The translations under genes and the position numbers were made by a program. This document shows, in pieces, positions 37,101-43,076 of a stretch of DNA of 64,000 nt. Position 1 is the first letter of the stretch; every line of letters begins with the position of its first letter. This stretch comes from an uncultured Verrucomicrobiota bacterium (GTDB taxonomy: Bacteria > Verrucomicrobiota > Verrucomicrobiia > Limisphaerales > UBA8199): NCBI GenBank assembly GCA_903873945.1, contig CAIQQM010000246.1, positions 8,940 to 72,939 on the forward strand. The letters run 5' to 3'. The notes beneath the pieces were generated by a model. That model saw nothing but the letters and a program-made list of their open reading frames with translations. It had not been told where the DNA came from and made no database searches.

Positions 37101-37273
37101 GGCGGCGGGGGCGCCGAGGTGCTCAGCGTGAAGGTCATCGCCAGACCAACCGTAGCTTGTGGAGCCGAGGACGGGCTGACGCTTGAAATGACGTTGGTGG
37201 CCGTGGCAAACGCCGAGGGACTTAGTGCCACGAAGCCAAATACGAACGCGAGGATTAACACATTTCTCTTCAT
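34172..37273 (-). CDS. 1033-aa secreted protein: Ig-like + PKD + two DUF1566 (Lcl C-terminal-like) domains + metallophosphoesterase + linker + FYR-type tail
   Basis: Signal MKRNVLILAFVFGFVALSPSAFA. PKD-type FMDASTPNVTNRLWDFGDGSTDGG. DUF1566-like DLNTGLMWVQ..YSDWRMPTIKEL and RLLWSRN..YSDWRLPNSKEL. Phosphoesterase motifs FAFVGDTH, IIAGDVTESG, VIRGNHED, FVYGHEPAF, LCGHDHFF. Linker VGDGIPDWWRAQYFG..CDPDHDGVDNYHEYIAGTNPTN. Tail LRFYRISVSFP. Confidence 0.8.
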   Translation of the reverse strand: MKRNVLILAFVFGFVALSPSAFATATNVISSVSPSSAPQATVGLAMTFTLSTSAPPPPANIQPTSATLGTNLATAISRPETNGVTNIIVATFSIPNQEPVGYKDVLIRYQGTNVVSFKASLFSVSPATTIVAGFTTSLTNGVPPLTVNFMDASTPNVTNRLWDFGDGSTDGGTNPVHTYYGSGSYDVSLTVWGPLGSNSLTRAGFILASSPPTNGAYVVVDTAQTNCYNDSGVIPAPVPGQPFYGQDAQIQGHQPAYTNNGDGTITDLNTGLMWVQARGTQQVSWAYAVSNVASCRVGGYSDWRMPTIKELYSLAEFIGANGNSFTNTSGYIPFIDTNYFGFAYGPGTSELIGSRVIDAQDWSATPYVSTVMNGQAAAFGFNFTDGRIKGYPPANSNYVRYVRGNTSYGINNLVNNGDGTISDKATRLLWSRNDSGVGMNWSNALAWVQAQNAAKYLGYSDWRLPNSKELQTIVDYTRSPDTTGSAAINPVFNCTAITNENRQLDWPWYWSGTTLVTSTNGEEGIYVCFGRAMGYSGGSWVDAHGAGAQRSDPKGGSLSSYTYVPYGYYSSLAPQGDAVRIYNYVRLVRDIPVTNAWRFAFVGDTHVPLTTIPAEIATAAINDDAKFLIIAGDVTESGAGCSLSTFTTQLTTWRSEMAPLANSGIPVYVIRGNHEDDVPNGLLEWTNFFSGAYSMPTNGPTGEVDLTYSTALTYSNALFVGLDDYVNIHQVNQPWLNQQLAANRLPHIFVYGHEPAFKAFHTDCLGADPTQRNTFWSSLTSAGAKVYLCGHDHFFNVARIDDGDGNPANDLYQFIVGTGGSTNWPPQLYGYNGTNAPYTPINLWNITETYGYLLVEISGPGTNDLGVTMTWKQRTYDTNTASYIYVATTNVFTYAAVNRYVDSVGDGIPDWWRAQYFGGTGTTTNSYSCATCDPDHDGVDNYHEYIAGTNPTNALSNFQIQSISNSAAGLTVCYQSAWGRNYTLYSTTNLASGVWSPVPSQTDMLGDGGVNALTDPAPATNTLRFYRISVSFP

Positions 37274-37396
37274 TTTTCCCCGCCTTTCGGTCGAATCTTG
37301 CGCTTATCAGACTTCGCGAGGAAATCGACTGGAAGTACAGACGATTGGGTTTCGGCCGGGTGCCGCTGCCCGAGAGGGCGGGCTCTCTGCGTATGG

Positions 37397-37828
37397 CTAC
37401 ACATCGGGATCTGCGCCGCCCAGGCCGTTGCGGATTTTGGTCAACATCTCCCCCGTCGGCCCCACCATGTCCTCGGGAATCGACTTGCGGATGTCCCGCT
37501 CGACTTCATCCCACACTTTTTTGACGTGCGCCTCGGCCCGCTTCCCGGCTGCTGTAAGGCGGACTCTTTTGGCACGTTGATCCCCGGCATCCTTGCTCCG
37601 TGCTATCAGCCCGTTCTTTTCCATGCGCTGGATCATGTTCGTGACCGTGGCGCGTTCGATGTGGAGGCCTTCGGCGATCTCGATTTGGGACAGCTCACCG
37701 TTCCGGGCAATTGCTTCCAGGACGCGCCCTTGTCCGTGATGAATCCCAGCAGTGCTCAGGCCTTTGCGAACCCTATCCTCGAGCAGCTTTCCCGTGTGCA
37801 TCAAGAGGTGAAACAGAGGCCTTTTCAT
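37397..37828 (-). CDS. MarR-family transcriptional regulator
   Basis: Winged-HTH string LSQIEIAEGLHIERATVTNMIQRMEKNGLIARSKDAGDQRAKRVRLTAAG. It heads the minus-strand string 37828 -> 30695. Confidence 0.85.
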   Translation of the reverse strand: MKRPLFHLLMHTGKLLEDRVRKGLSTAGIHHGQGRVLEAIARNGELSQIEIAEGLHIERATVTNMIQRMEKNGLIARSKDAGDQRAKRVRLTAAGKRAEAHVKKVWDEVERDIRKSIPEDMVGPTGEMLTKIRNGLGGADPDV

Positions 37829-37954
37829 GCTGGATAGATATTGTTAGCACGCTAACTAAATATGCCCAAACCGCGCCGCTTTGTCAAGAAAGCGCAAAAA
37901 GAGTTTTCCCGTGGCTGTTTTGGGTGACGAGCGCTAGGCCAGGGTCGGCAGGGG

Positions 37955-38235
37955 ATGGACGCGGATTTGCCCAAGCGCAGCGCCAACTCGAACGACATCA
38001 CATGCAGGGACGTCATCAGGAGATACCAGGCCGACGGTTATCCAGATGGCCAGCGGCAACAGCGCCCCGCCCGCGCTCACGAATTGGAGGCCAAATCCCC
38101 CCGTTCTGGGACAAGGTGCCCATCGATGCGGTTACCAACGCCACCTGCGACCGTTACAGCGACTATCGGGTCGAGCTTATTCGGGCCGTGCAAGCTGCTC
38201 GTCCGTCGCCAAGCTGGCTGATCTCGAAGTTCTGA
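37955..38235 (+). pseudogene. possible frameshifted N-terminal fragment of a tyrosine-recombinase/integrase gene
   Basis: Two adjacent frames read ..ITCRDVIRRYQADGYPDGQRQQRPARAHELEAK and ..PPFWDKVPIDAVTNATCDRYSDYRVELIRAV. From memory, these resemble the N-terminal arm/SAM-like region of PVC integrases. There is no catalytic domain. This is a weak, memory-based call. Confidence 0.3.
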
Positions 38236-38746
38236 CGGAAGACGCAGGCCAGGACCATCACGGGTAGCCGTTCCACCAGCGCGCGGATCATCTTGAAGGA
38301 CCGGCTGCCCGATCCAATGATGATAGAGGCCCGGAACTCGGTTGTCGGGACACCAGACTCCCGCAAAGTCCTTCCCACTTCGTGGCGGCTGCGAAGGTGG
38401 GGCGAGAGAGGTCGATCCTCCTCGGCGAGGGCCCAGATAGATGATACTTTTGACTCCGACCGCACGGGCAGCGACCCCGAAATTCCGCGCGGTTTGCCGG
38501 TCTTGTTCCTCATGGTTGCCGGTCGCCCCCCAACGAATGAACCGGATAGAAAGCGGCTTCGACGCCGGTCAGGGCCACCCGCGAGGAGTCCCCGTCCAGC
38601 ACATCACCACGCTGCACGTCCACGCCTGCCGGGACTCGTAAGACGAGGTTTTCTGGCCGCCGGGCCAGACATCGCACATGCCACCCGGCCACCGATAGCA
38701 ATGGCAACAACCGGCCGCCGATACAGCCCGTGGCGCCGGTGATCAA
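38163..38746 (-). pseudogene. frameshifted and 3'-truncated NAD(P)-binding NmrA/YbjT-like gene
   Basis: ORF 38746-38510 starts with the Rossmann string MITGATGCIGGRLLPLL. ORF 38513-38163, in another frame, carries HLRSRHEVGRTLRESGVPTTEFRASIIIGSGSRSFKMIRALVERLPVM. After that the sequence loses family resemblance near 38230, where the integrase-like fragment ends. Confidence 0.5.
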
Positions 38747-38792
38747 GATGCATTCGGAATCCGGCGTGGGTCCCCGCTCCGCGAACGGGGAT

Positions 38793-39377
38793 TCATGCGC
38801 CCGGCTCAGTGCGCACCATTACCTCGTTACGGCGGAGAAAGGCGGGCGTCCAAGGCGGATCGAAGTAGCCGTAGATCGGGGGTGACAATTCTCTTAAACC
38901 TCCCGCCTTCATCCACGCGCGCAGCCGCCCATGCGACTGTGCCTCATTGTCAGGGTTGCGCCCGCCACTGTAGCGGAGCACGGCAAAGCGGCCGGACTCC
39001 AGCTCGCGCACGCGCACCTGGTCGTCTTTGGGCTTTGGTACATCTCCGCTCTTCAACTTTGCAGGCATCACGAACGCCATCAAGGCATTTGTCCCGCTGC
39101 CGGACATCAACACGGGCGTGGTCATCGCGATCTTCTGCTTCGCATCGTTGCCGCCGGTGATGAAGCGGAAAAGCCGATTGAAACTGCCGTCTGCTCCGTG
39201 GCCGCTGGAGCCCATGGGTGTCTCTACCATCGTCAGCGCCGGGTAATCGCGGATCTCGATGTTGCCATTGGAGCGCACGACCCTGTAGGGCGCGGACTCG
39301 TAACCTGCACGCGTGGTTTTACAGCCAGCCAGAACCAGGGCCACTGCCACGACGAGAATCAGGAGTGCAATCCACAT
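38793..39377 (-). CDS. SOUL heme-binding-family lipoprotein
   Basis: The ATG at 39377 gives MWIALLILVVAVALVLAGC (lipobox). The track start at 39386 is GTG. SOUL-type strings: YESAPYRVV, IEIRDYPA, FNRLFRFITGGN, IAMTTPVLM, RFAVLRYSG, FDPPWTPAFLRRNEVMV. Confidence 0.75.
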   Translation of the reverse strand: MWIALLILVVAVALVLAGCKTTRAGYESAPYRVVRSNGNIEIRDYPALTMVETPMGSSGHGADGSFNRLFRFITGGNDAKQKIAMTTPVLMSGSGTNALMAFVMPAKLKSGDVPKPKDDQVRVRELESGRFAVLRYSGGRNPDNEAQSHGRLRAWMKAGGLRELSPPIYGYFDPPWTPAFLRRNEVMVRTEPGA

Positions 39378-39767
39378 TTTATTCACCGCCAGACTTTAAG
39401 CTGATGCAGAGTCGAAATCCACCTTTCGCAGAGGTTTTGCAGTCCTCCGCCCTGGGCCACGGATTTCCTGGCTAAGAAACTGTGTGAGGGCAGAGGTCAC
39501 TTACAGGCACTAGCTGCTCCGAGGCTTGAGGTGGGTGACGTTCTGATTAGTCTCGTTTCCATGATTCATCGAGTGAATTGCTGCGGGACGATCAAGTCAC
39601 ATACTGAGGTATGAGAAAACGGCATCTTCTGCTGCTCTTCCCCGTCGGCCGGCCCTCGGTCGGGTCGTTAGCCCCGTTCAAGTGGCATGACTGTTCGGGG
39701 TGGTTCTTTAGACCATTTTTAGACCACGACATAGCTTTTGCACACAGGGTGCACCACGCCGCGGGTG

Positions 39768-39794
39768 TTGACTTCCTTAGGAAAACGCTATAAT
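39768..39794 (+). promoter_or_regulatory. near-consensus sigma-70-like promoter upstream of the tRNA-like sequence
   Basis: TTGACT (39768-39773), a 15-nt spacer, then TATAAT (39789-39794). The -10 hexamer is perfect and the spacer is short. It lies about 21 nt upstream of GCGCACCG at 39816. Confidence 0.35.
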
Positions 39795-39828
39795 AGCCCT
39801 GTAAATACAGTGCTCGCGCACCGTCTTC

Positions 39829-39878
39829 TTTGCCTTCTAAGCAGAGGGTCCTGGGTTCGAGTCCCAGCGGGCGCGCCA
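39829..39878 (+). tRNA. tRNA-Arg(TCT) 3' portion: anticodon arm, variable loop, T arm, acceptor 3' strand and CCA. Not an intact cloverleaf.
   Basis: TTTGC-CTTCTAA-GCAGA (anticodon TCT at 39836-39838), GGGTC, CTGGG-TTCGAGT-CCCAG, CGGGCGC-G-CCA. No D arm upstream. Only GCGC(A)CCG at 39816-39823 could pair with the acceptor 3' strand. Confidence 0.6.
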
Positions 39879-39959
39879 ACCGCAGAATGCGGAGCAAGCT
39901 TTTCTGCGGAGAAACGAGTTGTTCTTTCCCGAGCCGGGAATTGCGTTATCCTGGGTGTG

Positions 39960-40847
39960 ATGCTCAGACTCGAAGATCTGGCTGAACTGCTCGAACGAAA
40001 CCGTGCCGCCGCCCGGGCGCGGGTAAGGGAATTCTCCATCGGCGGCAGGCACTTCGCCTTCAATTCCAAGCCCGCCATCATGGGAGTGGTCAACCTGTCG
40101 CCCGATTCATGGTATCGGGAGAGTGTTTGTTTGACGGTGGAGAGCGCGGTTCGTCGGGGCGAGGTGCTGAGGGCGCAAGGGGCGGACATTGTCGATATCG
40201 GCGCCGAATCGACACTGGTGCACGCAATCCGCATGGATGAGGAGGGGCAGAAGGCAAGGCTGTTACCTGTTATCAAGGCGCTGGGCGGGGCTGGATTCCT
40301 GGTCTCGGCCGAAACTTACCAACCGGCGGTGGCGTGCTCTTGCCTGGAGGCGGGAGCAAAGGTTTTGAACTTCACCGGTAATGAGTTGAACCCGGAGCTG
40401 TTCCGCATGATTGCGGCACACGATGCTGCGGTAATTCTTTGTTATGTGCAGGGGAATAATGTGCGGGAGGTGGGCGATTTTGACTTCGGCGAGGATCCGG
40501 TTGGGATGATGCAAGAGTATTTCAGCCGCCAAATCGAACAAGCCACCCGTTGCGGAGTGGAGAGAATTTTCGTGGATCCGGGGCTTGGTTTCTATTACCG
40601 CAACCTGCAGGACAACGCGGTTCGTGTGCGCCACCAGATGACCGTCTTTTTGAACACCTTCCGGTTGCGAACGCTGGGTTTCCCGATCTGCCACGCCTTG
40701 CCCCACGCCTTCGAGTTTTTCGGCGAGGAGGTGCGTTCTGCCGAACCCTTCTTTGCTGTGCTGGCGGCGTTTGGCAAGACCGATTTGTTCCGCACGCACG
40801 AAGTCCCTCGCATTAAGGCCGTGCTGGAGACAATGAAGGTGTTTTGA
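39960..40847 (+). CDS. dihydropteroate-synthase-like pterin-binding protein (divergent)
   Basis: Start reset to the ATG at 39960 (MLRLEDL); the longer track ORF reads through the tRNA fragment. Strings: IMGVVNLSPDSWY, GADIVDIGAEST, LVSAETYQPAVA..LEAGAKVLNFTG, AVILCYVQG, IFVDPGLGF. AESTL replaces the usual GESTRPG. Confidence 0.6.
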   Translation: MLRLEDLAELLERNRAAARARVREFSIGGRHFAFNSKPAIMGVVNLSPDSWYRESVCLTVESAVRRGEVLRAQGADIVDIGAESTLVHAIRMDEEGQKARLLPVIKALGGAGFLVSAETYQPAVACSCLEAGAKVLNFTGNELNPELFRMIAAHDAAVILCYVQGNNVREVGDFDFGEDPVGMMQEYFSRQIEQATRCGVERIFVDPGLGFYYRNLQDNAVRVRHQMTVFLNTFRLRTLGFPICHALPHAFEFFGEEVRSAEPFFAVLAAFGKTDLFRTHEVPRIKAVLETMKVF

Positions 40848-40856
40848 GAGAGCCGG

Positions 40857-41843
40857 TTAATCGCGAGAGATTAGGAAGACCCCCTCCTCTCCGGATCTGG
40901 TTACCCACTGATCGAGCACTCGTAACCCGTGCCGTCCGAGCATGGTGCCCACAAGGGCGGGGGTGTGACGATACGAAAAGAACAGGCGAAGCGATTCACC
41001 GGCGCGGAATTCGAACCGATGCGCATCGATCTCGATGCTCCGCGGATGAAGGAAATGAAAAAAGACCGCCACCCGCCTTAAACCGCTTCCGGCTGGAACT
41101 TCTTCAACACGGAACCGCAGTTCCCCGTCGTTGGCAGCAACGCCAAGGTCCAAAAGGAACGCCATCAACCAGTCGCGCGTCAGGACATTATCGTAGAGCG
41201 GAAGGATGCTTTGAGCGCTGGCGGCATAATCGGGTCCGGGCGCAAGATTCGCGCTCAGCAACAAGCAGTCTCCCGGCCGCACCAATGCTGCAAGCCGGGG
41301 TAGAATGACTTCCGGTTCAAAGTTCGGAATCATCCCGAAGAAGGTGATGAGTCGCGCTGCGTCGGGAATGGAGCGTTCGTCGAGCACGCTTGGCAGATCG
41401 CTGGCAGAGGCCAGGTCGCACACCAGCGGAAAACAATTCTCTGCCGGGACAACCGACCGGGCGATCCGCACTGCTTCCAGAACCATTGCGATGCTGACAT
41501 CCGCTGGCGTGTAGAAAACCTCCCTGCCCGCCATTTGCAGCAGCGTCAACAGACGCGTGTCTTTCTGTCCCCCGCCGCAACCAAGCCCTGCCAGATGAAC
41601 CCGCATCGTTTTGATCCGGCACGCTGCGGCCATAAAACCCCGCTCATAGGCGGCTGCGCAATCCGGATCCGTGCGCGAGGGAGATAAAGTCGCGTGCAGC
41701 AGCAACCATTTTTGGGTTTGCTTGATGTTGTCGTAATGGAACTTGTGGTTCACCTGCCGGGCACGCAAGGAGTCGAGCAAATCGCGGCGCACGTTTTCAG
41801 GAAACTGGCTGGAGTGAATCGCCACATTAACCACTGTGGGCAT
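40857..41843 (-). CDS. SAM-dependent methyltransferase, EgtD/Methyltransf_33-like
   Basis: LAGLGCGGGQKDTRLL (SAM-binding loop position), YTPADVSIAMV, ITFFGMIPNFEPEVILPRLAALVRPGDCLLLSANL, a C-terminal substrate-domain-like half. The alignment was done from memory only. Confidence 0.5.
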   Translation of the reverse strand: MPTVVNVAIHSSQFPENVRRDLLDSLRARQVNHKFHYDNIKQTQKWLLLHATLSPSRTDPDCAAAYERGFMAAACRIKTMRVHLAGLGCGGGQKDTRLLTLLQMAGREVFYTPADVSIAMVLEAVRIARSVVPAENCFPLVCDLASASDLPSVLDERSIPDAARLITFFGMIPNFEPEVILPRLAALVRPGDCLLLSANLAPGPDYAASAQSILPLYDNVLTRDWLMAFLLDLGVAANDGELRFRVEEVPAGSGLRRVAVFFHFLHPRSIEIDAHRFEFRAGESLRLFFSYRHTPALVGTMLGRHGLRVLDQWVTRSGEEGVFLISRD

Positions 41844-41971
41844 GGGGGGTGTTTTGGCTCAAATCCTTCGGCAAAACAAGCTGCGATTCGCGAACTCGAA
41901 CAGCTGTGAACCGCGGGCTGTGGGCTCCGCGGATCATTGACTTGCCGCCCGGCCTGCCGCATAGTCGTGAC

Positions 41972-42733
41972 ATGGATTTCGACATATCGCACCTCCTGGA
42001 AAAATGGGATTACCAGCCGGGGCAGGTTGTCGTCCGGAGATTCAAAGCGAAGGACGGGCGCGAGAAGATTCAACTGCGCGTGGACTTGGGGCTGTTGCAA
42101 ATGAATGCGGATGGGCGACCGGACGGCAAGCGCCCTTTTGGCCAGCCGTCGCTATTTGATCACTACCTCGGGCGTCTTTCAAAGCACAAGCTCGCCCATG
42201 AAAACAGCGATGAAGGATTCAAGCTCAACGCCGAGGATTGTGCCAAGCTTCAGCTCGAGGCCCTGCAGTATCACCATCGTTACATTTGTCTGCTGCAACT
42301 GGAGGATTATGATGGAGTGCTGCAGGATGCGGAGCGTAATTTCGCAGTCTTCCAGTTTGTGGGCAGATACGCCGAATCTGAAGATTTGGCATGGTCGCTC
42401 CAGCAATTTCAACCGCAGCTTCTGATGATTCTGACTCGCGCACGGGCATCGCAGGCGTTGAAGTCGGATGATTATCCCGTGGCTATTAAGCAGGTCGAAG
42501 AGGGGCTGGAACAAATCCGAACGTTTTACCGGGAGCATTCGCAATCCGAGGCGGCGGAACAAAGCGGTGAAGTGCAGTCTTTAGGAGAATGGCTGGAGGA
42601 AATCCGCTCCAAACGGCCCCTCTCGACCCGGGAGCGCCTTGAGCGGGCGTTGCACGATGCGGTCCAGGCCGAGAACTATGAGAAAGCCGCCAAGGTGCGC
42701 GACGCGCTGCGAAATCTCAAGACGCCGGAATAG
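41972..42733 (+). CDS. UVR-motif-containing protein of unknown function
   Basis: Start reset to the ATG at 41972 (MDFDISHLLEKWDY). C-terminal UvrB/UvrC-type motif ERALHDAVQAENYEKAAKVRDALRNL. Confidence 0.5.
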   Translation: MDFDISHLLEKWDYQPGQVVVRRFKAKDGREKIQLRVDLGLLQMNADGRPDGKRPFGQPSLFDHYLGRLSKHKLAHENSDEGFKLNAEDCAKLQLEALQYHHRYICLLQLEDYDGVLQDAERNFAVFQFVGRYAESEDLAWSLQQFQPQLLMILTRARASQALKSDDYPVAIKQVEEGLEQIRTFYREHSQSEAAEQSGEVQSLGEWLEEIRSKRPLSTRERLERALHDAVQAENYEKAAKVRDALRNLKTPE

Positions 42734-43076
42734 GATGAGCGGGACCACGTTGACCCCAGCCAGCTTACTCAAGTCTGCGTGCGGGAAAATTGCCAAGTGA
42801 TGCCACGAGAGCCAGGCGCGTGTCCAGAAACTAGACACGCGATAAAGGGGGGCGTCGCTCTGGGCAAAGGCTGTGGCAGCTTCTTTTCATGACATTCCTC
42901 CATTGTTCAGTCTGGCCACTAGCGGATGTTTGTGTCTGTGTATGGGAAATACCCCCATTAGATGTAGTGACCTGACCGGGGAGTTGCTGGAAACAGTGGA
43001 TTTGGCTTGGATTAAGCTAATCTAACACACAGGCTGCAAGCAGAGGAATTACTAAATTGCCAGAGTATTTATTTAT

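Noticed and set aside
37274-37396. An eighth copy of the ECF-type motif upstream of the 1033-aa gene (AGTCGAT..N..CGCAAG).
   Set aside because: Neither block matches the consensus and the spacing is wrong. This gene string is more simply explained as part of the MarR-led operon.
39802-39878. An intact 77-nt tRNA-Arg gene.
   Set aside because: The 5' 27 nt (TAAATACAGTGCTCGCGCACCGTCTTC) cannot form an acceptor 5' strand plus a D arm. Only the anticodon arm, T arm and 3' end are tRNA-like.
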